A DNA stretch of 64,000 nucleotides from a virus, in the IMG/VR virus record IMGVR_UViG_3300027754_000063, positions 1 through 64,000 of that record, one strand, 5' to 3'. The position numbers and the translations under genes were made by a program. The notes below the pieces were generated by a model, which worked only from the letters and a program-made list of their open reading frames with translations, did not search any database and was not told the origin of the DNA. Positions 1 through 9,586 of this stretch are shown here, piece by piece. Within the stretch, counting starts at the first letter, position 1. Every line of letters starts with the position of its first letter.

Positions 1-950
1 AGTCCTTGAGTACCTTGAGTGCCCTGAGATCCAGTGATGCCCTGTACTCCTTGTTGTCCTTGCGATCCAGTGATGCCCTGTTGTCCTTGTGTGCCTTGAG
101 ATCCAGTGATGCCCTGTTGTCCTTGTGTGCCTTGAGATCCAGTGATGCCTTGTACTCCTTGAGTACCTTGTGATCCAGTGATTCCCTGAATTCCTTGAGC
201 ACCCTGAGATCCAGTGATGCCCTGTACTCCTTGTGTACCTTGCGATCCAGTGATGCCTTGTACTCCTTGAGTACCTTGAGTGCCCTGAGATCCAGTGATG
301 CCCTGTGCTCCTTGTGTACCTTGCGATCCAGTGATGCCTTGAGCACCTTGAGATCCAGTAACTCCCTGTTGTCCTTGAGTGCCTTGAGTGCCTTGAGATC
401 CAGTGATTCCCTGACGTCCTTGTGTGCCTTGAGATCCAGTGATGCCCTGTTGTCCTTGTGTGCCTTGAGATCCAGTGATGCCTTGGATTCCTTGCGACCC
501 AGTAATACCTTGCGACCCAGTAATACCTTGAGATCCAGTAATACCTTGAATACCTTGTGATCCTTGTGTTCCTTGTACGCCTTGAGTACCTTGAGTGCCC
601 TGAGATCCAGTGATGCCTTGGATTCCTTGCGACCCAGTAATACCTTGCGACCCAGTAATACCTTGAGATCCAGTAATACCTTGAATACCTTGTGATCCTT
701 GTGTTCCTTGTACGCCTTGAGATCCTTGGGTTCCAGTAGTACCCTGTGTGCCTTGAGCACCTTGATAAGTACCTTGTGCACCTTCAATACCCTGAATACC
801 TTGTGAACCTTCAATACCCTGAATACCCTGAATGCCCTGAATCCCTTGAATGCCTTGCCTACCTTGTACTCCTTGAATGCCTTGCCTACCTTGTATTCCT
901 TGTGGACCAATAATACCGGCAGTGCCTTGGGTTCCTTGAGCACCTTGGGT
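1..950 (-). repeat. 9-nt-periodic low-complexity repeat encoding collagen triplets
   Basis: Recurrent ccttg/ccctg/ccagt units every 9 nt (GGN NNN CAA/ACT on the minus strand). Confidence 0.95.
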
Positions 951-1490
951 GCTGTTTAAGGAAATTAATTCACCTTCTTCCCACAAACGATTTAAGCTAT
1001 CTTGATAGAAAAAATTATATGGTAAGTCTCTATATGAATAATTTCCATGGCTTTTAGCATCATTGCCAGGAGTTAATGGTGTAGACAATATAGATTTAAT
1101 GTTTAGTTCTTCTGATCTTCCTTTTCCTAATTCTTTTATAGAATATATGTTACTCATGCCTATGTTATATTTAAGAGCAGGCAATGTAAGTGCGGAGAGT
1201 TGGTCAGATTGGGCTGTTACTGTAGATTGAACATTGATTAAAATCGTTAATTCTGATTCTTCCCATAAACGATTTAAGCTGTCTTGATACAAAACATTAG
1301 AAGTTAATTTTTTATTGTTTTTAGCATCATTGCTAGGATTTAATGGCTTCTGAAATATAGCTTTAATGCTCAGTTCGCCTGCTTTTCTTCTTTCTATTTC
1401 TTTTATAGAGTATATGCCACTCATCCCTATGGCGTACTTAAGGTTCAGCAGTGTGAGTTCATCGACTGGAATTAACTCATTTTTTTGCAT
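1..1490 (-). CDS. Collagen-like (Gly-X-Y) fibre protein, 3'-truncated by the window edge
   Basis: Not in the ORF track. Manual translation from ATG at 1490 gives MQKNELIPVDELTLLNLKY..., two copies of an ~80-aa domain, then ~300 aa of GTQ/GIQ/GIT/GSQ triplets in frame to position 3. Confidence 0.9.
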   Translation of the reverse strand, partial: MQKNELIPVDELTLLNLKYAIGMSGIYSIKEIERRKAGELSIKAIFQKPLNPSNDAKNNKKLTSNVLYQDSLNRLWEESELTILINVQSTVTAQSDQLSALTLPALKYNIGMSNIYSIKELGKGRSEELNIKSILSTPLTPGNDAKSHGNYSYRDLPYNFFYQDSLNRLWEEGELISLNSTQGAQGTQGTAGIIGPQGIQGRQGIQGVQGRQGIQGIQGIQGIQGIEGSQGIQGIEGAQGTYQGAQGTQGTTGTQGSQGVQGTQGSQGIQGITGSQGITGSQGITGSQGIQGITGSQGTQGTQGVQGTQGSQGIQGITGSQGITGSQGITGSQGIQGITGSQGTQGQQGITGSQGTQGRQGITGSQGTQGTQGQQGVTGSQGAQGITGSQGTQGAQGITGSQGTQGTQGVQGITGSQGTQGVQGITGSQGAQGIQGITGSQGTQGVQGITGSQGTQGQQGITGSQGTQGQQGITGSQGQQGVQGITGSQGTQGTQG

Positions 1491-1574
1491 TAAAAATTTA
1501 CCTGTTATTGGAGTTTGTACAATATATATATAATATTATACAAAAAGGTAAATAATCCGACCTATTGAATGAAT

Positions 1575-2345
1575 TTAGGTGGAGGAAAAATTTTTCCAAA
1601 TCACTTCTGACTTCTTCCCTTTTTTCTTTATTTTACAACGATGCATCGACCAATTCTTATATAATCTATTATAAAGAGGAGATGTGACACCACTTATAAT
1701 AACTTTCCCTTTAAAAGAATTAAGTGCATGAGATAATTGTATGTGATCATTTGTATCCATATCAGAAAAATAAACTGTTTTACTATTTTTATTTTCGTAA
1801 AGGTGTGGAGGGTCACAGTATAGTAATGTTTTATCTGAGTCGAAAACCTTTATAATATCAATTGCTTTATTATTAAAAAAGAAAACCTCTTGTAGTCTAT
1901 TTGACAAATAATTCAAGTTTAATAATGATTTTTCCCATTCAATGGAAGACTTTTTACAAAAATTCTTTTTTAGTTCTAATTGACTCATTTTTCTTAAAAC
2001 ATATTCACTAACTGCTCGCTCTAAATAGTCTTTTGCACTAGTTTTATTTTTCATTTTTATGAAAGTTTCTTCACAAAAACTGAAACGTTCTAATCTTTTT
2101 AAAAATTCTTTTGGTTCATCTCTTAAGCATCTAAAAATTTCCAATGCCAAAGCATCAGAATCATTAAGAATTTCCATATAAGATTTTTCTTTGGATATCA
2201 ATAAATTAGCCCCGACACAATACGGTTCTAAATAGCACAAATCCTTATAGTTTTCTGGCAAATGTGTTTTTATCCATTTTGCAATTATTTGTCTATTATG
2301 ATTTGCTTTGAAAATAGATGTAATGTTTTTAAGTTTCACTTTCAT
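1575..2345 (-). CDS. Dam-like (D12 class) DNA adenine methyltransferase with degenerate motifs
   Basis: YLEPYCVGAN (motif I-like), EILND, LLYCDPPH (DPPY-like), C-terminal EVIWKNF. Confidence 0.8.
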   Translation of the reverse strand: MKVKLKNITSIFKANHNRQIIAKWIKTHLPENYKDLCYLEPYCVGANLLISKEKSYMEILNDSDALALEIFRCLRDEPKEFLKRLERFSFCEETFIKMKNKTSAKDYLERAVSEYVLRKMSQLELKKNFCKKSSIEWEKSLLNLNYLSNRLQEVFFFNNKAIDIIKVFDSDKTLLYCDPPHLYENKNSKTVYFSDMDTNDHIQLSHALNSFKGKVIISGVTSPLYNRLYKNWSMHRCKIKKKGKKSEVIWKNFSST

Positions 2346-2541
2346 TCGTGACTTTCTGTTCAGCTTGATATATTACGTGTTGGCATAAACAACATACAAA
2401 ACTAAATGGTCCATATCCAAGTTTTGAACCTTCCCAAAACCAATGTGCATTTGTATCTTCTTTTTTTTCAGTAACGCAATTCAAGCAAAAAACATTTATT
2501 TTTTCATCTTTGGCATCTACTCCAAAATAACAATCTTCCAT
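2329..2541 (-). CDS. Small Cys-rich hypothetical protein (possible Zn ribbon)
   Basis: CLNC and CCLC pairs; overlaps the start of the methyltransferase gene. Confidence 0.6.
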   Translation of the reverse strand: MEDCYFGVDAKDEKINVFCLNCVTEKKEDTNAHWFWEGSKLGYGPFSFVCCLCQHVIYQAEQKVTNESET

Positions 2542-2697
2542 ATTAAATATTCACTGGTTTTGTGTTTTGTCTAAAATAACATAGTGCCAAATTTGTATTT
2601 TTCTAAAATAGCCTTGGAACATAAGATTTTTTGCCGGATTATGTGAATATTGCATATATACGCTATATAGTTTTGTTGTTAATAACGAAAGATTAAT

Positions 2698-3000
2698 ATG
2701 GAAATTTCTTTTCATGAGCTTTGGGAAAACTTAAAGAATTCTGACGAATCTGTTGAGAATGATTCAATGGCTGCTATTAGAAATGGTATTGGTATACGTG
2801 AGGATTTTTGGACGGACTTTTTATTGTTTTTAAATGACTCTAAAGGCATTTCTTCTTTACTGGATATTCCAATTGAAAAAATCAGCTCTTGGCATGATAA
2901 AATCAAACATAATATTAAAAAGGTAGAAAAAGCTGATAATAATGTAGTAACTAAAGATCGAGGGAAAGTAATGAAAACTGGGGCAAAAAACAATGTTTAA
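2698..3000 (+). CDS. Hypothetical protein with CTS-like N-terminus
   Basis: MEISFHELWEN; overlaps the helicase start. Confidence 0.65.
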   Translation: MEISFHELWENLKNSDESVENDSMAAIRNGIGIREDFWTDFLLFLNDSKGISSLLDIPIEKISSWHDKIKHNIKKVEKADNNVVTKDRGKVMKTGAKNNV

Positions 3001-5233
3001 GCGTTGGTTAAATATAGATGAGATGGCGATTGCACAATTTGGTAAGCATGGACCAAAAGATGGAAAGCCACCTAAACACATTAATGACATTGATACGGGA
3101 TATTTGAATTGGCTGCTTCAACAAATTGAACAAGAAAAAAGAGGAGTCATTGATCCCAAAACCGGTCTTCCAATAAAAACGAGTTTTAATTTTATGGCAG
3201 ATGATGGATCCGGTAGATTAACGAAACAACAGGTAGAGGATGCTATTAAAATTCGTATTAACGGCAGCAAAATAGCGAGCACAAGTGCGAACAGCCCAAT
3301 CGTTGCTTTCTCAGAAAAACCAACAAAAGAACCAATTCCACCTCAAGAAGAACCCAAACAACCCGCATTGAACAATGTTGATAAAAGCAAGTATTTAATT
3401 TCACCAGAAAAAATAAGTGAATATCAAAAAGATATAGAGGAAGCTTTTTCTAGAACGAATAAGCACATGGTCATTAACGCTCTTGCCGGAACGGGCAAAA
3501 GCACTGTACTAAAACATCTAGCAGCTAAATTCCAACATGGGAAAAAATGGCTGTATCTAGTCTTTAATAATCGCAATGCTGCTGAGGCAACATCAGGAGA
3601 AAAAGCATTTCCTCCTGGCGTCGAAACTTTCACAAGTCATAGTTTCTTGGGTAGAGTATTAAAAGATACAAATAGATACAAACCAGAGGTTATGAAAGAT
3701 ACATCGTTGCCTCTGAAGGGGGACAAAGGTACCAAATTAGGAAAAGTTTTAGATAGTAATTGGTTTAAGAGTATAGCGAAACAAATACAAAGTCAACGAG
3801 GTTTTCCAGGAAGAGAAAGTGAATTTGTTTACTATAGTAAGGTCAAAAATTCCGAACAAGTTAATTATAATTTAAAAACAAAAATAACAAAATTAGTTTC
3901 ATTGTCAAAAGCTTTTGCTATCAATCCTGATAAACAGGACGCCAGAGATAAAATTGCTTCGATTATGAGCAAATATAGTATGGATGGATACTTGGTAAAA
4001 CCAAGCAATGATAAAGATGATGAGATGCCAACAGATTTCACGGATCAAATTATACAATTATCTTTGGAAGTTCTCAAAAAATCGAAACCCTCAGAATCTA
4101 TGGGAGATACATCTTTAGATTCAATGAGAGATCATGATGATACTGTGTGGTGGCCATCTTTAAACCCAGATAAAATGGTTTGGCCCACGAATAGAACTTA
4201 CGAAGTAGCTTTAGTAGACGAAGTTCAAGATTTCAATGAAGCTCAAAAAATAATGCTTGAACATTTAGCTAAAAACGGCATTAGAATTATTATGGTAGGT
4301 GACAAAAATCAATCTTTGTACAGATTCAGAGGAGCAGATGCTAACTCTTTTTCTAACATAGAAACCATGTTAAAAGGCACAAATCTTGGAGCAACATCTC
4401 ATGAACTGCCAGTCAATTACAGAAGCGGCAAAAAAATTATTGATTATGTAAATAAAAACACCCACGTTAAAGATCTAAAATCGGGACGGGATCATGAAGG
4501 TGAGGTTAACAATACAACTTATGAAAAAGTAATGGGTGACATTGAACAAGAATGGGAAGAAAACAAAGAATTAAAACATGAGACTGCTTTTATTGCTAGA
4601 GGAAACAAGCCTTTGGCTGCGGCTGCTATGGAACTGTTAAAAAATAATATTCCTTTCATCATTATAGGAAAAGATTTTTCTAATGAGATTACAGATTTTA
4701 TTTATAAAGTAGTTGGAAACGATAAGGTTGGACTTGGGAAAAGTAACGCACGCTCTTATAAAGCAAAAGAATTTGGTCAAATAATGACCAATTATATTGA
4801 ACAAAAAAATCATAAATATGAAGGCGAAAAAGATAAAGAAAAATATTTAGAAGAACTTTCTCAAACCTATGAAGCTCTAAGCAGTTTGCTTAGTCATATT
4901 CAAGACAATGAATGGAAGGACCAATATTCCAAAGAAATAAAAAATGTAGAAGATTTATGCGAATATATCAGAAATATATTTAAAGGAATAGACCCTCAAG
5001 ATTCAGAGAAAGACGCCGAAAATTATGCCAACAGAAATAAAAAGCGTGCTGTAATTTTAACTACTGCTCACAAATCTAAAGGGCTAGAATTTGAAAGAGT
5101 AAATATATTAGAAAATGATAAATTCCCTGCCGGAGACACTTACAACCCATCAGATGAAGAAGCAGAGCAAGAGCACAATGCTAAATACGTCGCATATACA
5201 AGAGGAACGCATGTTCTTAACGTTGCTGATTAA
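2993..5233 (+). CDS. UvrD/Rep-family SF1 helicase with N-terminal FGKH domain
   Basis: Walker A ALAGTGKS, Walker B LVDEVQD, VGDKNQSLYRFRGA, VNYRS, TAHKSKGLEF, YVAYTRG; N-terminal FGKH...IDTGYLNWL. Confidence 0.95.
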   Translation: MFKRWLNIDEMAIAQFGKHGPKDGKPPKHINDIDTGYLNWLLQQIEQEKRGVIDPKTGLPIKTSFNFMADDGSGRLTKQQVEDAIKIRINGSKIASTSANSPIVAFSEKPTKEPIPPQEEPKQPALNNVDKSKYLISPEKISEYQKDIEEAFSRTNKHMVINALAGTGKSTVLKHLAAKFQHGKKWLYLVFNNRNAAEATSGEKAFPPGVETFTSHSFLGRVLKDTNRYKPEVMKDTSLPLKGDKGTKLGKVLDSNWFKSIAKQIQSQRGFPGRESEFVYYSKVKNSEQVNYNLKTKITKLVSLSKAFAINPDKQDARDKIASIMSKYSMDGYLVKPSNDKDDEMPTDFTDQIIQLSLEVLKKSKPSESMGDTSLDSMRDHDDTVWWPSLNPDKMVWPTNRTYEVALVDEVQDFNEAQKIMLEHLAKNGIRIIMVGDKNQSLYRFRGADANSFSNIETMLKGTNLGATSHELPVNYRSGKKIIDYVNKNTHVKDLKSGRDHEGEVNNTTYEKVMGDIEQEWEENKELKHETAFIARGNKPLAAAAMELLKNNIPFIIIGKDFSNEITDFIYKVVGNDKVGLGKSNARSYKAKEFGQIMTNYIEQKNHKYEGEKDKEKYLEELSQTYEALSSLLSHIQDNEWKDQYSKEIKNVEDLCEYIRNIFKGIDPQDSEKDAENYANRNKKRAVILTTAHKSKGLEFERVNILENDKFPAGDTYNPSDEEAEQEHNAKYVAYTRGTHVLNVAD

Positions 5234-5289
5234 CTGTACAAATTTTTTACATTAAAAGATACTATATACATTAGACAAAAGGAGGTGTC

Positions 5290-5712
5290 ATGAATATAGA
5301 TATACAAATTGATCCAAAAGTTTTATCTGAATTAAATATTTATTTAGATACATTAAAGAAGAAATGGGATGATCAATATCCTGATAAAAAGTCTTGGTTC
5401 TCACTTCATAAGACTTATGTACTTAATAGCACAATATTTTTAATTTCTGTTTTAGATGATCTTATAGTTTTTGTGCAGTCATCTATACCACGAGGAGCAG
5501 ATAAAAAATTGGCTGTTATGGCTGTTGTATCAAAAATATTTGATTATATAGTAGTTCAAGCGTTCCCAGTGTGGATGACTCCATTCGCTGCTATTATCAA
5601 AGAAATGATTGTAGGAGTTGTCATAAGTCAGTTAGTTGAATTCATAGTTTCTAAATATAAAAATGGAGAATGGAAAACAAATTCGAATTTGAAAATTGAG
5701 GTGAAAAATTAA
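5290..5712 (+). CDS. Hypothetical hydrophobic protein (possible membrane/holin-like)
   Basis: SD AAGGAGGT; GADKK motif with amphipathic/hydrophobic helices. Confidence 0.6.
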   Translation: MNIDIQIDPKVLSELNIYLDTLKKKWDDQYPDKKSWFSLHKTYVLNSTIFLISVLDDLIVFVQSSIPRGADKKLAVMAVVSKIFDYIVVQAFPVWMTPFAAIIKEMIVGVVISQLVEFIVSKYKNGEWKTNSNLKIEVKN

Positions 5713-6640
5713 GAATAAAACCATTCACTTGTTGCCATATAAAAGAGAAGACATTCTTAGCATACAAGATGCAAAACAAAAATTAGGCTGGGAAATAACA
5801 GCATTTGACTTGCCAAAAACATGGAATTTGACACAAGGGGAAGGCACGGTTGTTGCTGTTTTAGACACAGGAGCAGACTTACAGCACGAAGATTTAGTGG
5901 AAAATTTACTTCCAGGAAAGAATTTTGTAAATAAAAAATCTTCCCCACAAGATGACCAAGGACATGGATCGCATGTTACAGGAATTATTTGTGCTTCTAA
6001 CAATGAAAAAGGTATCGTTGGTGTGGCACCCAAAGCGAAAGTTATACCTGTTAAGGTTCTGGATAAAAGCGGGTCAGGAGATGTGAAAAATGTAGCTGAC
6101 GGAATTAAATGGGCAGCAGATCAAGGTGTAGACTTTATAACTATGTCTTTGGGGTCTCCATCGCCCGTGAGTATCGTCCATAAGGCAATTCAGTATGCGG
6201 TATCTAAAGGAGTAGTTGTGTGGTGTGCAGCAGGAAATGCTGGACAAACACATAATATATTTTATCCAGCAGCATATCCAGAAACAATTGGTATTGGAGC
6301 TATTGACGAAAAATTTGATAGGGCTAATTTTAGTTGTACAGGACCGGATCTTGATTTCTTAGCACCAGGTGTAAAAATATTGAGCACAGTGCCAACTAAT
6401 TGGTATGCAATTCTTTCTGGAACAAGCATGGCAAATCCATTTGCTGTTGGAATTGGATGCTTACTTCTTTCTTATAAAAGAAAAAATAATTTACCTTTAG
6501 CTTTGTCATCAAGTAAAGATTATATAGATTTTTTGAAAAACCACACTATTCCGACAAGCTCTTTTGCAAATAAATCTTTTTTTGAAGGATTTGGTATTAT
6601 AGATCCTAGAAAAATGCAAGAATGGCTCTTGGCTAAATAA
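5708..6640 (+). CDS. Subtilisin-like serine peptidase (S8); probable ATT start at 5708 (track start 5729)
   Basis: VAVLDTG (Asp), GHGSHVTG (His), AAGN, SGTSMA (Ser); no long propeptide. Confidence 0.95.
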   Translation: MKNKTIHLLPYKREDILSIQDAKQKLGWEITAFDLPKTWNLTQGEGTVVAVLDTGADLQHEDLVENLLPGKNFVNKKSSPQDDQGHGSHVTGIICASNNEKGIVGVAPKAKVIPVKVLDKSGSGDVKNVADGIKWAADQGVDFITMSLGSPSPVSIVHKAIQYAVSKGVVVWCAAGNAGQTHNIFYPAAYPETIGIGAIDEKFDRANFSCTGPDLDFLAPGVKILSTVPTNWYAILSGTSMANPFAVGIGCLLLSYKRKNNLPLALSSSKDYIDFLKNHTIPTSSFANKSFFEGFGIIDPRKMQEWLLAK

Positions 6641-6956
6641 CAGATATTTTTTCCATCGCTTTTCTAACTTTATCTGCTAATTCATAGTCTTCCATCGCCA
6701 AGGCAGAACGCATTGCTTTTTTAAGGAATTCTTTTTTTTCTTCTAAATTTAATTTAGATTTTTTATCTTGATTTGAAAGAATGAAATCCAATTCTATGTT
6801 TTCTAAAGTTTGAATTATATTAAAAGATTCTTGTTCAAAACAATTAGAAACACAATCCTTACAAATATTTATTTCTGTTACAATGCCTTTTTTAAAGTTA
6901 ATTACATTGATAGCTTTTTCACTTGTACACTTTTTTTTGTCAAACGGGCAATTCAT
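6633..6956 (-). CDS. McsA-like protein (Zn-binding Cys pairs plus UVR coiled coil)
   Basis: MNCP..KKC...EINICKDC N-terminus and C-terminal LKKAMRSALAMEDYELADKVR UVR motif. Confidence 0.7.
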   Translation of the reverse strand: MNCPFDKKKCTSEKAINVINFKKGIVTEINICKDCVSNCFEQESFNIIQTLENIELDFILSNQDKKSKLNLEEKKEFLKKAMRSALAMEDYELADKVRKAMEKISVI

Positions 6957-6973
6957 TTATTCCTTTTCAATTT

Positions 6974-8566
6974 TCAAGGACTCTGTGATGTTTCTGTCAC
7001 TGTTGCCGAACCACCGACATATCCAGTCCTCGTTGTCGTTATTGTAGCCGTTGAACTCGTAGCTGCGGTAACACCGGTTACCGTGACCAGACCACTTCCG
7101 CTGACAACTACTGTTCCCGATGCTGTTGCCGTACCAGCCCATGTGTAGGCGGCGTCATAGTTGCTGATCTGGACTGTGAAGCCATCAGCCGTTGCTGTTG
7201 TGCTTCCAAATGTTGGGGTCAATGCAACAGCCAGTGAGGTTGCCGTAACTGGTGCCGTTCCACCTGCATACCCCGTCCTCGTTGTCGTTATTGTAGCCGT
7301 TGAACTCGTAGCTGCGGCAACACCGGTTACCGTGACCAGACCACTTCCGCTGACAACCACTGTTCCCGATGCTGTTGCAGTACCAGTCCATGTGTACAAT
7401 GCGTCATAGTTGCTGATCTGGACTGTGAAACCAGAAGCCGTTGCTGTTGTGCTTCCAAATGCTGGTGTTCTCGCAGCAAGCAGCGAGGTTGCCGTAACTG
7501 GTGCGGTTCCACCGACATACCCAGTTCTCGTTGTAGTAATTGTAGCCGTTGAACTCGTAGCAGCGGCAACACCGGTTACCGTGACCAGACCACTTCCGCT
7601 GACAACCACTGTTCCCGATGCTGTTGCAGTACCAGCCCATGTGTAGTCAGAATAGTAATTGCTGATCTGCACTGTGAATCCATCAGCAGTTGCTGTTGTG
7701 CTTCCAAATGTTGGTGTGTGTGCAGGACCAAAAGTTTCACCTGTTAGCCTAAAAGTGAATCCGTCATCATCAATTGCATTTGTGTCTGCCGGAACAATTC
7801 TTTTAACCCAAACTGGTACACTATCTAAATACTTAAAATTTCCAATACTATATGGTGTATCAATCATATAATCACTAAAACTTACACTTGCCGGAGCAGT
7901 TGAGTCTGATGATATTTCGTCGGGTATGTAGTTTACAGGTCCTCCAGAAAGATTTCTTGTAATTGCAATAGACGGTTGAGCACCAGTTGTTGTTAAAGAC
8001 GATGAATCTAACGCCAACATTTCATGGAATCTATTTCCAGATGTTCCTGTAAAAACTATTGTAAATACGTAATAATTAGATCCAGAATCAACTCCAGTTA
8101 CGACAACGTCTTTTAGTGCCTCAATAGTTCTTAAAGACGTTTGCAAGTTTCCCGCCCACGTAGCAACAGAAGCGTTCCAACTAATAGTTTTAGATGAGGT
8201 TCCGTCAATATCTGTATATGCTATATCAAAAGATCCTCCATTTATTAACAAAACATTTTGTATTGTGATATTCTGTTGTTCGTCTTGTGTTATAAATCCA
8301 AGTTCAATTTGAATTTCACTTTCGGCTTTATAAGAAAAATATAATTCGGATGTCCATAGCGTTGAATCTTCCGAGTCATTATTTATGTAAAAACATCTGT
8401 AATCTGTTTTGCCTTCTTTGGCCTCAGCATCGGATACATTTGAAAACAATCTTTCTGCAATTATAGGATGAGTCGAAGATTCTCCTCCTAAGGATAAATT
8501 GTGATTTAAGTTGTTTTCCCCGCCAGATAATGTAAATCTTATGTCTGATCCAAGAATAATAGTCAT
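6974..8566 (-). CDS. Putative virion fibre/tail protein with three C-terminal 83-aa Thr-rich Ig-like repeats
   Basis: Phage-type N-terminus (SLGG...DYRCFYINN...PVWVKRIVP) plus tandem TPTFGSTTATADGFTVQISNY repeats. Confidence 0.8.
   Translation of the reverse strand: MTIILGSDIRFTLSGGENNLNHNLSLGGESSTHPIIAERLFSNVSDAEAKEGKTDYRCFYINNDSEDSTLWTSELYFSYKAESEIQIELGFITQDEQQNITIQNVLLINGGSFDIAYTDIDGTSSKTISWNASVATWAGNLQTSLRTIEALKDVVVTGVDSGSNYYVFTIVFTGTSGNRFHEMLALDSSSLTTTGAQPSIAITRNLSGGPVNYIPDEISSDSTAPASVSFSDYMIDTPYSIGNFKYLDSVPVWVKRIVPADTNAIDDDGFTFRLTGETFGPAHTPTFGSTTATADGFTVQISNYYSDYTWAGTATASGTVVVSGSGLVTVTGVAAATSSTATITTTRTGYVGGTAPVTATSLLAARTPAFGSTTATASGFTVQISNYDALYTWTGTATASGTVVVSGSGLVTVTGVAAATSSTATITTTRTGYAGGTAPVTATSLAVALTPTFGSTTATADGFTVQISNYDAAYTWAGTATASGTVVVSGSGLVTVTGVTAATSSTATITTTRTGYVGGSATVTETSQSP
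6980..7725 (-). repeat. Three tandem 249-bp direct repeats
   Basis: Near-identical blocks recur at 7026, 7275 and 7524 (period 249). Confidence 0.95.
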
Positions 8567-8674
8567 GTGTAAAATCTCTAGATTTTATTGTTTCCATATA
8601 TAGATAATTTTAGTTAATTTCCATCTTTTAAAAAATATAAAATTTTGTTATTATGGCAATTAGGAAATAAAATT

Positions 8675-9586
8675 ATGCATACATTTGGTTTAGACCCAGA
8701 GTTCATGCTGGTAAGTAGAGGGCAATTAAAAAGTGCTATAGGGGTATTGCCTAAAAAAATAAAAGCCAAGCATTTTGAAGGTAATTATTTTTATTATGAT
8801 AATGTTCTTGCAGAAATAGCGGTTAAGCCAGCATATAGCAAAGAAAACACTATTTATAATGTAGAAAAAGCTTTAAAAGGATTAGTAAAAATAATTCATC
8901 CGATTAAATTTGATTTATGTGCCGCAGACAACTATCCAAAAAAAGAGCTAAATAGTTTTGATGCAAGACTTGCAGGGTGCAATCCAGAATGGAATGTTTA
9001 TACGCTGCAATGCATTCTCCCTCCAAAAGATATTATTTCTGAAACTTCTTTCCGAACAGCAGGAGGGCATATTCATCTTGGGTCAAAATCTTTGCAAGAA
9101 CCTGATATGGTTTTCAAAGCAGTAAGAATGTTAGACCTTTTTGTTGGAATTCCTTCTATTTTATTGGATAGAGATCCTACATCTAAAAAAAGAAGAAAAA
9201 TTTATGGTCAAGCAGGATCACATAGAATAACAAAATATGGATTAGAATATAGGTGTTTAGGAAATTTTTGGCTTTCTTCACCAGAACACGTTGGTTTCAT
9301 ATATGATCTGTGCTATTTTATTTTAGAATTTATAGAAGGTAGTGGTTATAACAAGTTTTGGTACACAAATGAGTTATTACTAGAAAAAGAAAATCCAAGT
9401 GAAGCGTATGCCTGCTATGGATATGATGTAGCAGCATTAATTAAATGCATAAATTGTTGTGATATTGTTGTTGCAAAAAAGTTTATGAATTTTCTGAGTC
9501 ATTATCTGCCAAAGTGCCTTTTAATAAACTTTGAGGAACTAATGGAAAGGGAAAAAACTGATCCTTACTGTTCTTGGCATCTTTGA
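8675..9586 (+). CDS. phiEco32-like COOH.NH2 ligase type 2 (putative amidoligase)
   Basis: TFGLDPEF, YDNVLAE, GCNPE, RTAGGHIHLG, RRKIYGQAG, GLEYRCLGNFWL; ATG 8675 follows AGGA. Confidence 0.85.
   Translation: MHTFGLDPEFMLVSRGQLKSAIGVLPKKIKAKHFEGNYFYYDNVLAEIAVKPAYSKENTIYNVEKALKGLVKIIHPIKFDLCAADNYPKKELNSFDARLAGCNPEWNVYTLQCILPPKDIISETSFRTAGGHIHLGSKSLQEPDMVFKAVRMLDLFVGIPSILLDRDPTSKKRRKIYGQAGSHRITKYGLEYRCLGNFWLSSPEHVGFIYDLCYFILEFIEGSGYNKFWYTNELLLEKENPSEAYACYGYDVAALIKCINCCDIVVAKKFMNFLSHYLPKCLLINFEELMEREKTDPYCSWHL

Noticed and set aside
195-560. Plus-strand ORF with LRSSDAL repeats
   Set aside because: Antisense shadow of the collagen gene; the minus frame gives Gly-X-Y
6810-7871. Multiple short overlapping ORFs within the 249-bp repeats
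   Set aside because: Alternate-frame or antisense shadows of ORF 6974..8566
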